Under the pieces are notes generated by a model. The model was not told where the DNA came from, did no database searches, and worked only from the letters and a program-made list of their open reading frames with translations. DNA of 64,000 nt from SAR202 cluster bacterium (lineage in GTDB: Bacteria > Chloroflexota > Dehalococcoidia > Lucifugimonadales > UBA2962), in assembly GCA_009392275.1 (NCBI GenBank), contig VFGV01000020.1:2207-66206 (forward strand). The letters are read 5' to 3'. A program made the position numbers and the translations under genes. Of the stretch, positions 39,374-49,582 are shown piece by piece; the first letter of the stretch is position 1; the number at the start of each line of letters is the position of its first letter.

Positions 39374-41683
39374 TTAAATTATCGCGTCAATTTTTTTTAA
39401 CGATTCTATTTTCTTGATTGAATAGCCAAGTTCTGTTAACAATTCCTCAGAATGCTCTCCGAAATCAGGAGCCGAACGAATATTGGCGACCCTATTCGAA
39501 TCAAAAATAAAAGGGGTGCCCATATGCTTTACAGAACCAACAAAAGTATGCGATTCAACGCTTAGTCCAGTCTTGATTGCATGAATATCTGAATGGATAT
39601 CGATGGTATGGGACGATGCGGAGCACTCAACATCAACAAATTTTAAAACATTTAAGACTTCATCTGTTTCAAGTTCTCCAATAACTTTTTCGAACTCTTC
39701 TGCAATTATCTTGTCATTTGTCTCTCTAAGTTTAAAATCACTATATTTTCGAGAAAGTGTATCCAATCCTAACGCCACACATGCACGTTTAAAACTATTG
39801 TCATCATGGCAAGATAGAAAAATATATCCATCTACTGTCTTATACAGCCGATATGTTGCGCATGGGCCATGTATGCTCACAGAACCTGTGGTTGATGTCC
39901 GATTAAAAAACTTCTGGAATTCTCCAGCCTGAATAGCTACAGCACCGTGTAGGAGAGATGTTTCAATATGTTGACCTAGGCCCGTTTTATTCTTCTCAAC
40001 TAGAGCTGAAATTACGCCAAAGCTTGCTAACATTGCAGATGCATAATCTGCCATCGCTAACTTCAGGAAAACTGGATCACTTAAGCTTCCAGATTGCTCT
40101 ATCATTGCACCAGACATAGCCTGAATTAAAGGATCAAATGCTGCTTTATCCTTCATTGGACCTAACGAGCCGAAACCGGTCAAAGACAAATATATTAAAC
40201 TAGGGTTTATTCTTACCAGGGTCTGATAGTCGATATTTAAAACCTTGGGAACTCCGGGACGATAGTTTTCCATAACTACATCTGCTTGTTTAACTAAATC
40301 ATATAAAACAGATTTGCCTTGTTGGATTTTTAAATCAATTACAATTCCACGTTTACCATGATTCCAAGTTTGAAAAGAACCACCTAAGGCTCGAAATCCG
40401 TCACCTGCTGGGGATTCAACTTTGACTACATCTGCTCCAAGTCGAGCTAAAATACTGGCCGCATAGGATCCGGAAATATAACCAGTCAAATCTATTATTT
40501 TTATATCTTTCAGCGGGCCTTGTTTTTTAAAATCATGTAAATGTTTCGATCCACTTTCCGGGGTAATCAACCGTTCTGCAATTGTAGAAACGGCCTCTTT
40601 AAAGCTTGTCTTTATAGGCCGACCACCAATCCGTCCAGGAGTGCGTTGAAACTTTAATGGTAATCCTATTGTTTTTTTGTTGTTTGAGTTTAAATCAAAC
40701 AAATCGTTCGCTACAATTTGGGGGTGGTCAACAAATACCTTTTTTGTGGAAGCTATTATGCTGGGGACATCATATTGCTCGAATTGTTTCAGCCAATGTT
40801 CAGAGTCTCTCGTTATAACCACATCTTGAATCAGCTTTATTAAAATATCTCTATTAGCAAGCTGAAGGTTCCATGGAGCTCCATCAAATTTCGGATCACT
40901 TGCCCAATCTAATCTATCCAGAGCAATACAAAGTTTATTCCAGAATGTTTCGTTACCACAAGCAATAAATATCCATTCACTATCAGCGCACTGGTAAAGT
41001 CTATAAACGGGATTTGCGCCTTTTTGATCTTTTGCATATCTTATCCAAGGAGTGACATTCGGTGACAAAACCATAGAACCACTAAACATAGCTATGGCCG
41101 AGTCATATAAAGATATATTTAATTTAAGACCCGATTGGCGTTTACTTCTTGACCAAAGTGCGGCTCCGATCCCATTTATACTAAGAAATGCAGCTCCATA
41201 GTTTGCTACCGGCAGATGAATAAAAACTGGAGATTGCTCCCACCCTCCCTGATCTCCATATAAACCAACATGATTGGATACAACACCCTCACCACCGGAG
41301 TTCTTAGCAAGTGGTCCAGTTTCACCAAATGGAGATATTACGCAATAAACTACATTACTTTGTTTTAGTGCTAGTAAGTCGAAGTCAATAGGTTGATTAG
41401 TTTTTAGACTGGGCCGATATGTGTTAATCACGACATCGGAACTACACGCTAGTCTCAATATGTTTTCAATATCTGTTTTAGAAGTTGAGTCAGCATCAAT
41501 GTAACACTTACCTCTATTCCACAGGTCAAACATCGAATCATTAAAATCAATCTCAGAAAACCCTAAGTTAATTCTTGTTACATCTGCACCCATGTCTGCC
41601 AGCATCATGCTTGCATAGGATCCGGCTAAGTCAGAATCCAAATCTAACACTTTTAATCCTACATATGGCCCTGAATTTGACAT
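39374..41683 (-). CDS. Tandem (double-domain) CaiB/BaiF family III CoA-transferase
   Basis: Two units: GPYVGLKVLD...LADMGADV...NRGK...YRP, and GPLKDIKIID...LGADVVKVE...NHGKR...ENYRPG...APDFGEH. Confidence 0.9.
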   Translation of the reverse strand: MSNSGPYVGLKVLDLDSDLAGSYASMMLADMGADVTRINLGFSEIDFNDSMFDLWNRGKCYIDADSTSKTDIENILRLACSSDVVINTYRPSLKTNQPIDFDLLALKQSNVVYCVISPFGETGPLAKNSGGEGVVSNHVGLYGDQGGWEQSPVFIHLPVANYGAAFLSINGIGAALWSRSKRQSGLKLNISLYDSAIAMFSGSMVLSPNVTPWIRYAKDQKGANPVYRLYQCADSEWIFIACGNETFWNKLCIALDRLDWASDPKFDGAPWNLQLANRDILIKLIQDVVITRDSEHWLKQFEQYDVPSIIASTKKVFVDHPQIVANDLFDLNSNNKKTIGLPLKFQRTPGRIGGRPIKTSFKEAVSTIAERLITPESGSKHLHDFKKQGPLKDIKIIDLTGYISGSYAASILARLGADVVKVESPAGDGFRALGGSFQTWNHGKRGIVIDLKIQQGKSVLYDLVKQADVVMENYRPGVPKVLNIDYQTLVRINPSLIYLSLTGFGSLGPMKDKAAFDPLIQAMSGAMIEQSGSLSDPVFLKLAMADYASAMLASFGVISALVEKNKTGLGQHIETSLLHGAVAIQAGEFQKFFNRTSTTGSVSIHGPCATYRLYKTVDGYIFLSCHDDNSFKRACVALGLDTLSRKYSDFKLRETNDKIIAEEFEKVIGELETDEVLNVLKFVDVECSASSHTIDIHSDIHAIKTGLSVESHTFVGSVKHMGTPFIFDSNRVANIRSAPDFGEHSEELLTELGYSIKKIESLKKIDAII

Positions 41684-41811
41684 ATAAACTCTAGTATGTC
41701 AGCTTATAACAACGTCGTACCGCTTCGCAAAAGAATTGCAAACAGGAATAACAGAAACTGTTTATAAAGATATACAATTGCTAAAAAGAGCATCTTTAAT
41801 ACAATAATTTC

Positions 41812-42042
41812 ATGAGCACAGCGTACATATTAATGGCATTTTTATCTGTCTGGATAAGCATTGAAATCTTGTTTTATACTGCTACACGCTTAGCGATATC
41901 CGAGCCATCTCAAACTGATTATAAACGTTTTATCTGGCCTGTTAGAAGTCTTACGTTAATCTTGCTTATATTTGCGTTTTTAGTCGTAAATTTATCAAAC
42001 CAATTGGATTTTGTTGATCTAATTTTTATTTGCACTTTTTAA
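41812..42042 (+). CDS. Small hypothetical membrane protein (two TMs)
   Basis: 76-aa ORF with two hydrophobic stretches; fills the gap and ends 10 bp before the MFS gene. Confidence 0.45.
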   Translation: MSTAYILMAFLSVWISIEILFYTATRLAISEPSQTDYKRFIWPVRSLTLILLIFAFLVVNLSNQLDFVDLIFICTF

Positions 42043-42052
42043 TACTATTACA

Positions 42053-43279
42053 TTGAGTCTAAATACAAGGAAAACTAATCTCACTATAATCCTGGTTCTC
42101 ATTTCTGCAGGAACTTTGATCCTGATAGAAAGAGGTGGGAATTTTAGTCTTGGGCTTTTTCTTATACCAATCAGTGATCATTTAAATCTTGGTAGAGAAG
42201 TATTTAGCTTTGGCATCGCTTTGCAAGTGTTACTTAGCGGGTTAGGCGCTCCTATTTTTGGTGGACTTGCAGACAGGTACGGACCGGCTAAAGCCCTAGC
42301 CGCTGGCGTTACACTTCAGATAATAAGCCAATATTGGCTGGCTAACGTTTCAAATTCATTTGATTTAGTTGGATCATTATCACTAAGTGGCTTTGGAGCG
42401 GCAGGATTTGTAGGTATAACGATGACAGTGGTCGGCAAAAATGTAAGCCCCAATAATAAATCGTTGTTTTTTGGTTTAGTGATGGCTGCTGGAGGACTTG
42501 GACAATTTATTATAGTACCTTCAATTAATGCGCTAATTATAAATTATGGTTGGTTGACTGCTTTGTACGGCTTATTAATTCTAAGTGCTGCCCTATTCAT
42601 ATTTTCGTACTTAATAAGTTTCTCACAAAACACTAATGAACTTGCAGATGATTTTAAACAAACCATAAAAGAGGCTCTTGGAGAGGCGGTTAAAAACAAA
42701 AATTTCAATCTTTTAACCCTTGGTTTCTTTGTATGTGGTTTTCAGGTGACTTTCATTGCCACACACTTTCCGGCATATCTTGAAGACGAAGGATTAAAGT
42801 CGTTAGCGGGATGGTCTTTAGCCCTGATCGGACTATTTAATATTATTGGAACACTAATGTATGGATTCTTAGGAGATCATATATCCAAGAAAAATCTACT
42901 TGTCAGCATTTACTCTTTTAGGTCCCTTGTATTTCTAGTCTTTATATTTGTTCCCAAAAACGAATTCACTGTGTTAACTTTTGCCGGAGTGCTTGGACTT
43001 TTGTGGCTATCCACAGTACCTCTAACCACTGGACTTATATCAGATATTTTTGGGCAATCGTATACCTCAATGTTGTTTGGAATCACTTTGCTTTCTCATA
43101 ACATAGGGTCCTTTTTGGGATCTTGGTTAGGAGGAAGGATTTTTGACCAATATCAATCTTATGACGCGATGTGGATTGCTTGTATCGTTCTGGGCTTGGT
43201 TTCGGCAGTAATACATTTCCCTATTAGAGCGATCGCGGTACCAAGGTTAAAAGTTACACGAGCAAAACAAACGCTTTAA
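42053..43279 (+). CDS. MFS transporter
   Basis: About 12 TMs; GGLADRYG motif A, LGFFVCGFQ, HFPAYL and GSWLGGRIFD. Confidence 0.92.
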   Translation: MSLNTRKTNLTIILVLISAGTLILIERGGNFSLGLFLIPISDHLNLGREVFSFGIALQVLLSGLGAPIFGGLADRYGPAKALAAGVTLQIISQYWLANVSNSFDLVGSLSLSGFGAAGFVGITMTVVGKNVSPNNKSLFFGLVMAAGGLGQFIIVPSINALIINYGWLTALYGLLILSAALFIFSYLISFSQNTNELADDFKQTIKEALGEAVKNKNFNLLTLGFFVCGFQVTFIATHFPAYLEDEGLKSLAGWSLALIGLFNIIGTLMYGFLGDHISKKNLLVSIYSFRSLVFLVFIFVPKNEFTVLTFAGVLGLLWLSTVPLTTGLISDIFGQSYTSMLFGITLLSHNIGSFLGSWLGGRIFDQYQSYDAMWIACIVLGLVSAVIHFPIRAIAVPRLKVTRAKQTL

Positions 43280-43321
43280 ATTTGTAAACCCAGTATTATG
43301 AAGTGCATTTTCACTGATTTA

Positions 43322-44932
43322 CTAAGTAGTCTTGTATTCTTCCTCAGATGCAACTTTTATATCTAACACAGGCTTAGCATTTTTTACTAGCCTCAATGAA
43401 TCATGCCCCAGGTTTTTAAGCTCGAGAGTTTTGCCTATTTTGTTATATTTGGATATTTGAGAATTTATTGCTTCTAATGCCGAAGAGTCAGCTAACTTTG
43501 CATTGCTACAATCAATAACCACATCTTCTTCCTCAAATCTTTGCGGCAATATTATGCTTTTAAATTTCCACACACTACCGAAAAATAAAACTCCATTGAG
43601 AAAATGTGATTTGGTTCCATCTTCATTATTTATTGTTTTAATTTCTATTTGTTGGCTAGATTTCCAAGCATAAACTAAACAGGATACTAATACGCCGATA
43701 ACAACGGCAACTGCTAAGTCCTGCGCTACCGTGACCACAGTAACTAGTATTATTACAAAAGCATCTAATTTAGGTATTCTGGTCAGTAGTTTAAGTGACG
43801 GCCACGCGAAAGTCCCAATAACAACCATCATCATAATACCAGTAAGCGCAGCTAAAGGTATCATTTCAATTAAAGTTGAAAAAAACAAAATGAATCCTAG
43901 TAAGAAAATAGCAGATGATATACCGGACAATCTTCCACGACCTCCTGATTCGATGTTTATCATTGTTTGCCCAATCATTGCACACCCACCCATTGCTTTA
44001 AAAAACCCACAAACAAAATTAGCTATGCCCTGACCAACGCATTCTTGATTTGGATTTCCTTTAGTGTCCGTTATTTCGTCTACCAAAGTTAGCGTTAATA
44101 AGCTTTCAATAATGCCAATTCCTGCAATAGTTAATGAGAAGGGAAGAATGATAAGTAATGTAGAGAAATTTAAAGGAACCGATGGTATATGAAAACTAGG
44201 TAGGCCTCCAGATACGCTTGCTAAGTCGCCTACGCTTCGTGTGTCTAAATTTAAAGCTACAGATACGATAGATATTAATATTATGGAGGCCAAAGGCGCG
44301 GGTATGACTTTCCCAAATTTAGGTATTTTGGGTAATAACCATATTATTAACATTGTTAACAAAGTGAGTCCGATCATTATCAACAAATTTGAACCTTCCA
44401 TCCAGCCACCATTAAATAAAACGTCAATAGCACTGTGCCCTTGGTCTATATCGATAGACTCCTGAGATTTATGGCCAGAAAAGATTTTAAACTGACCAAG
44501 CTGTGCTAAAAATATGACTATAGCAAGTCCATTAACAAAGCCAAGCATTACCGTATATGGAACTAGTTTTATAAATTTGCCTAATTTAAATAATCCTGTT
44601 GCAATTTGTATTATTCCTGTTAAAACCAATGCTGCAAACAAATATTCGACACCGTGAATCACGACTAATCCAACCATTGCCACAGCAGTAGCTCCTGTAG
44701 CACCCGATATCATTCCACTTCTTCCTCCAACTGCAGAAGTAATTAACCCTAGAAAAAATGCAGCGTAAAGGCCAGCTATAGGAGCTATTTGGGCGACAAA
44801 AGCAAAAGCGATGGCCTCAGGAACAAGTGCGAGAGCTACAGTCAAACCAGACAGAATATCTGCTTTAGGATTTTTAGTTAGGTTGTAACTTTCAAAAAAT
44901 GAAAATAATTTGATCTTGGAATCAGATATCAA
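43322..44932 (-). CDS. SulP/SLC26 anion transporter with STAS domain (BicA/DauA-like)
   Basis: DILSGLTVALALVPEAIAFA, GGRSGMISGATGA, ESLLT, MGGCAMIGQT; STAS domain GVLFFGS...DSSAL. Confidence 0.93.
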   Translation of the reverse strand: MISDSKIKLFSFFESYNLTKNPKADILSGLTVALALVPEAIAFAFVAQIAPIAGLYAAFFLGLITSAVGGRSGMISGATGATAVAMVGLVVIHGVEYLFAALVLTGIIQIATGLFKLGKFIKLVPYTVMLGFVNGLAIVIFLAQLGQFKIFSGHKSQESIDIDQGHSAIDVLFNGGWMEGSNLLIMIGLTLLTMLIIWLLPKIPKFGKVIPAPLASIILISIVSVALNLDTRSVGDLASVSGGLPSFHIPSVPLNFSTLLIILPFSLTIAGIGIIESLLTLTLVDEITDTKGNPNQECVGQGIANFVCGFFKAMGGCAMIGQTMINIESGGRGRLSGISSAIFLLGFILFFSTLIEMIPLAALTGIMMMVVIGTFAWPSLKLLTRIPKLDAFVIILVTVVTVAQDLAVAVVIGVLVSCLVYAWKSSQQIEIKTINNEDGTKSHFLNGVLFFGSVWKFKSIILPQRFEEEDVVIDCSNAKLADSSALEAINSQISKYNKIGKTLELKNLGHDSLRLVKNAKPVLDIKVASEEEYKTT

Positions 44933-45327
44933 TTAGACAGTTTAACCTTATAGTTTTTACATAGTACCAATTAGTACTATTACTATTCGGGCCTATCTAA
45001 TTCAATAGTAGATACTTGTGAAAGAAATAACTATATATAATCGGATATTATTTTACTGAAAAAGCAAATCAATATGAACCAACAATTTGGATAATTAGAT
45101 AATTCCCATTAACCCGCGCATATATTTATTTTAGTAAATCGTTAATTTACGTGTTGAAAAGATATATGACTCCATTTATCATGCCCTGAGATACGCTTTT
45201 AGTTTATAAGGAAAGTGATTGTTTCGAATTAAGATTTAATTTGTAATCCGAAATTACGAAATATGGGTTTGATATTTACTAACGATAAAGCAACAAAGTA
45301 TAAATTTTATTACTGGCGGTTAAAATT

Positions 45328-46542
45328 ATGAGCACTAAAGAAAAAATTTTATGCGTTTTATATGACGATCCTGTAACTGGAATTCCAAAACAGTATGCTC
45401 GAAATAGTATTCCAAAATTAGATAAATATCCTGATGGTCAGTCTATGCCATCCCCAAACAGCATAGATTTCACACCAGGAGAGTTATTAGGTTCTATTTC
45501 TGGGGAACTGGGCCTTCGAAAATATATTGAAAGCTCTGGGCATGAATTGGTTGTCACCTCTGACAAAGATGCAAGAAATTCTGTTTTTGACCAACATCTA
45601 CCTGATGCAACAATAGTAATATCTCAACCATTTTGGCCTGCTTATCTCACAGCAGAGCGAATAGCAAAAGCTCCAAATTTAAAATTAGCAATCACAGCTG
45701 GCATAGGTTCAGACCACGTTGATTTGCAATCAGCAATTGAAAACAATATCACTGTTTGTGAGGTGACTTACTGCAATAGTATAAGTGTAGCGGAGCATGC
45801 GGTAATGCAAATATTATCTTTAGTTCGCGATTACATACCCCAGTATAAATGGGTTACATCAGGAGGATGGAATATTGCTGATGCTGTATCTCGATCTTAC
45901 GACATTGAAGGCATGGATGTTGGAGTTCTTGCTGCAGGCAGAATTGGTCTCGCAGTTCTTAAACGAATGAAACCATTTGATGTAAAACTTCATTATTCAG
46001 ACAGGCATCGTCTACCAGAATCTGTAGAAACAGATTTAGGGTTGACTTTCCATGACAATGTTGAATCTTTAGTGAAAAATTGTGATGTGGTTAGCATACA
46101 TTGCCCCTTACATCCCGAGACAGAACATTTATTTAATGAAAAATTAATTTCAAAAATGCGACGCGGATCTTATATTGTAAATACAGCCAGAGGCAAAATT
46201 TGTGATAAAGATGCAATAACTCAAGCTTTGGAAAGCGGGCAATTAGCAGGGTATGCTGGCGATGTTTGGTTTCCTCAACCTCCACCTAATGATCATACAT
46301 GGAGAACTGCACCAAATCATGCTTTAACTCCTCACACATCTGGAACAACACTATCTGCACAAGCAAGGTATGCTTCTGGTGTACGAGAAATATTAGAATG
46401 CTGGTTTAATGGTAAGTCTATTCGTGATGAGTATTTAATCGTACAAGGTGGAGCATTAGCTGGCACAGGAGCACATTCATACAGCGCAGGAAATACTACA
46501 AAAGGATCCGATGAAGCATCTGAATTTAAATCTTCTACTTGA
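45328..46542 (+). CDS. fdh: NAD-dependent (metal-independent) formate dehydrogenase
   Basis: LCVLYDDP, PGELLG, SQPFWPAYLT, AGIGSDHVDL, AAGRIG, NTARG, YAGDVWFPQP and TPHTSGTTLSAQARY. Confidence 0.96.
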   Translation: MSTKEKILCVLYDDPVTGIPKQYARNSIPKLDKYPDGQSMPSPNSIDFTPGELLGSISGELGLRKYIESSGHELVVTSDKDARNSVFDQHLPDATIVISQPFWPAYLTAERIAKAPNLKLAITAGIGSDHVDLQSAIENNITVCEVTYCNSISVAEHAVMQILSLVRDYIPQYKWVTSGGWNIADAVSRSYDIEGMDVGVLAAGRIGLAVLKRMKPFDVKLHYSDRHRLPESVETDLGLTFHDNVESLVKNCDVVSIHCPLHPETEHLFNEKLISKMRRGSYIVNTARGKICDKDAITQALESGQLAGYAGDVWFPQPPPNDHTWRTAPNHALTPHTSGTTLSAQARYASGVREILECWFNGKSIRDEYLIVQGGALAGTGAHSYSAGNTTKGSDEASEFKSST

Positions 46543-46661
46543 TATCTATAATCATAATATCTTGATCCATGTATCACAAAACTAAATTTTTCAATAATTG
46601 GGATTTAGATATTTGTTGCCAAAATATGTTACGATAAATCAGTCTATTTCAAGTATAAAAT

Positions 46662-46737
46662 GGGGCTGTAGCTCAGTTGGGAGAGCGCTTCAATGGCATT
46701 GAAGAGGTCAGGAGTTCGAGCCTCCTCAGCTCCACCA
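46662..46737 (+). tRNA. tRNA-Ala (GGC)
   Basis: GGGGCTGTAGCTCAGTTGGGAGAGCGCTTCAATGGCATTGAAGAGGTCAGGAGTTCGAGCCTCCTCAGCTCCACCA: G3:U70 pair, GGC anticodon and CCA. Confidence 0.97.
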
Positions 46738-46869
46738 ATGAGAAATATATTATTACCTAAATAAATATATGAAATATAGAACGGGATCATACTAGGTCCA
46801 TCCCTTTCGTAGTTATAGTAATCTAAAAATTTGATATAGAATCAAGTAAATTAATCCTGAGGTAATTTA

Positions 46870-48231
46870 ATGATCGATTTATTATCCATTGCACGAACAG
46901 AAGCTGATGGCGGAGATCTTTTTAAAGTAATTTCCAATATGTTTGACAAGACCGACGTAAAACCAAACGGTTACCCAGAAGCAATTGTTTGGAAGGGAGG
47001 CAATCATGATAGAGATATAAATCCGGTGACCCATTCACTTACCGATGCGTATGCATTAATCGGTACTCTTGCCGCAATAGACATAATGGGGCTTCCTTTT
47101 TACGCTGTACCAATGTGGTCACAATACAGGCATGATACTAAATTGGCTTGTCTTAGCTGGTTCGGCAATATGCCATCTACTTCAATAAAATGGTCCACAG
47201 CCGGCGATGCATACGTCAACGATGAAAGCGGAAATAGAGTTGTTGTATTGGGTAAATCTGGCAACGCTCCTCTTAGGACACAAGCTGGAGTATATTGTAA
47301 TGTAAGGCCTTATGGCCCAATCACAGTAGTAAGAAGTATGCCCTGCCTGCCCTACTCTCAAGACAAGTCCAAATTTACAGTTAACGAAAATGGAATTGTT
47401 CACTCAGAAATGAATACTCCTGGTATTCAAATGGCTTATTCAAACAGGTTATTTCTCAAGATGGTCCATGAAACTGGCAGCATAGGTCGCGTTGCCATGA
47501 AACCAACTCAAGCTATGGAAGATGGCATTAATGCGGGACTACACTCTTGGATGATTAAAGGAACGAAATTTGAAGTTGGGCGAAAATACGCAGTTGATCC
47601 TTATGAGGAGCATAAAGAAATAATCGATAAAATCACTGCGTTACTCCCAGAAGATTTTAAAAACGGAATGGAAAGCTGGGGTGGCAGAATTGAGCAACAT
47701 ATATCAGATACTAATTATGGCCTACTTATATGGGACCTTATCGAAAAACAAAACACAATTGTTTTAGCTACAGATTTAGACGGGGATCGGTTAACCGACT
47801 TACTTGCAGATATTTCTGACCCACTTAGAGCATTTGGAAACTCGATAGCAAAACACCTTGGTCATAATATTAATATGTCAGAGATATGGTCTGAGATGGG
47901 ATATGTTACAGGGAATGGTAGAGATATGACATCAGTGATGTACAGAATGGATGGTCCCCCGATCCATGAACAAACTTTAGGGTCAGCCGACGCCATGCTT
48001 CTAAGGCTACTAGATGGCGACGAATCAATGGGTGGCACTAAACGACCTTACGATCCAAGAATTCATTTTGTATTAATACGAGATGCCTATATGGATGCCA
48101 ACCCTGGTAATACAGAGCTTGCCAATTGGCTTGATAATTGTTTGAAGATATTTGATGAAGTATACAGTGGTGAGCGCCCTGGATTCTTAGACGGCTATAA
48201 ATCATTAAAATCCGCTATCAAACCTTGGTGA
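46870..48231 (+). CDS. Highly divergent isocitrate/isopropylmalate dehydrogenase-family protein
   Basis: PLRTQAGVYCNVRPY (cf. LRxxLdLYanlRP), ATDLDGDRLTDLLA (cf. NLxGDxlSDxxA) and HEQTLGSA (cf. FEpxHGSA). RBS GAGG. Confidence 0.6.
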   Translation: MIDLLSIARTEADGGDLFKVISNMFDKTDVKPNGYPEAIVWKGGNHDRDINPVTHSLTDAYALIGTLAAIDIMGLPFYAVPMWSQYRHDTKLACLSWFGNMPSTSIKWSTAGDAYVNDESGNRVVVLGKSGNAPLRTQAGVYCNVRPYGPITVVRSMPCLPYSQDKSKFTVNENGIVHSEMNTPGIQMAYSNRLFLKMVHETGSIGRVAMKPTQAMEDGINAGLHSWMIKGTKFEVGRKYAVDPYEEHKEIIDKITALLPEDFKNGMESWGGRIEQHISDTNYGLLIWDLIEKQNTIVLATDLDGDRLTDLLADISDPLRAFGNSIAKHLGHNINMSEIWSEMGYVTGNGRDMTSVMYRMDGPPIHEQTLGSADAMLLRLLDGDESMGGTKRPYDPRIHFVLIRDAYMDANPGNTELANWLDNCLKIFDEVYSGERPGFLDGYKSLKSAIKPW

Positions 48232-48266
48232 GATTAAATATTAGTTAATCTTTGGAAAGTTAAAAA

Positions 48267-48863
48267 ATGGTTAACCAGATTAAAGAAGCTTTGAGAGATA
48301 AATCTCGAGATAATTTAGTGAATACACTAATCAAGCTTGGCATTAATGCTCAAATGGCTGAACGTGGACTAGAACAAGAAAAAATTGGAGATGAATGGTA
48401 CACAAAAAAACTTGGGATTATCAACGTACAGGATCAGCCTATCAAATGGATAAATATATGCATAAAGCCTCGCTCCAAAGATAGTCCTCCAAATTGGAAG
48501 TATATTTTTATAGTCCCGGATGAAAGACTTGTTTCCGGAAAAGACGAAATTAAAATAAAGACAATCCGAAAAAAATCATTCCCGATTTTTGGTAAAGTTA
48601 TCGACACAACTTGGAAGGGAAATGACGGTAGTGGATTAGCCTATACTCTTTCTAATGACATAGAAATAAAAAGCTTAGCAAAAAGTATAGGTGACATTCA
48701 CCTGGAGAGCTTTTTTGACCCGATACCTGGATGGTTTTTTCGAGTAGGTCATACGCAACACTTGGATGGTCAAAGTAACTGGCACAATCGAATGACAAAA
48801 GAAACGTGGGAGCAATTAACACTGTTATCAAACTATCTACTTTCTTCTCCGCGCATTCTATAA
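48267..48863 (+). CDS. Hypothetical protein
   Basis: 198-aa ORF in the same orientation as its neighbours; no recognised motif. Confidence 0.65.
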   Translation: MVNQIKEALRDKSRDNLVNTLIKLGINAQMAERGLEQEKIGDEWYTKKLGIINVQDQPIKWINICIKPRSKDSPPNWKYIFIVPDERLVSGKDEIKIKTIRKKSFPIFGKVIDTTWKGNDGSGLAYTLSNDIEIKSLAKSIGDIHLESFFDPIPGWFFRVGHTQHLDGQSNWHNRMTKETWEQLTLLSNYLLSSPRIL

Positions 48864-48935
48864 AACCAGTACTCCGGCATGCATAATATATTCGCTTCTT
48901 CCTTATCACTGGTTTGTCGCCTATAATCCACTATT

Positions 48936-49364
48936 ATGAGTAAATATATTCCAAGTCCATTAAAGTACGTCAGAGATCAAGTCGAACTATATGAAAAAAG
49001 TGGAGGAACTGAAGGCACAACCATGCAAGGCCTGCCTGTAGTTATCGTCACCCATAGGGGTTGGAAAACAGATGCTATTAGAAAAACTCCGTTAATGACC
49101 GTTAAAGATGGTCCAAATTACGTCCTCATAGCATCCCAGGGCGGGGCCCCAAAACACCCTCTTTGGTATCACAACTTTAAAGCAAATCCTGAGGTTGAGA
49201 TACAAGACGGACCAAGTGTGATACCCATGACGGTCGAAGAAATAGAAAACCCTATGGAAAGAAAGCGGCTATGGGATTTGTCTGTTGAAGCATATCCTCC
49301 ATATGACGAATATCAACAAAAAACTGACAGATTAATTCCTGTTTTTCTGGCAACACCAAACTAG
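48936..49364 (+). CDS. Deazaflavin (F420H2)-dependent nitroreductase/quinone reductase, Ddn family
   Basis: RKTPLM, ASQGGAPKHPLWYHN..ANP and YQQKTDRLIPV. Confidence 0.92.
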   Translation: MSKYIPSPLKYVRDQVELYEKSGGTEGTTMQGLPVVIVTHRGWKTDAIRKTPLMTVKDGPNYVLIASQGGAPKHPLWYHNFKANPEVEIQDGPSVIPMTVEEIENPMERKRLWDLSVEAYPPYDEYQQKTDRLIPVFLATPN

Positions 49365-49449
49365 TAAATTCTAAACCTGTTTTCATCTAGAATAGATTGC
49401 TACAACAATAGATACTCTAATAGATTATATTCTACATACTATTTGTTTT

Positions 49450-49515
49450 TGTAGTTTATATTTGACAATCGTTGTCTCACTAAGTAGACTGTAATAGTGT
49501 CGAATATATAACACA
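49450..49515 (+). promoter_or_regulatory. Sigma70-type promoter of the fasciclin gene with two TGT-N12-ACA boxes
   Basis: -35 TTGACA at 49462-67, 17-bp spacer, -10 TAGACT at 49485-90. Boxes: TGTAGTTTATATTTGACA (49450-67) and TGTCGAATATATAACACA (49498-515). Confidence 0.75.
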
Positions 49516-49582
49516 TTGCTTCATCAATTGTGGTTTATATAGTTTAGGCATAGCTCTAAATCAAACTTAAGGAGATTACAAT

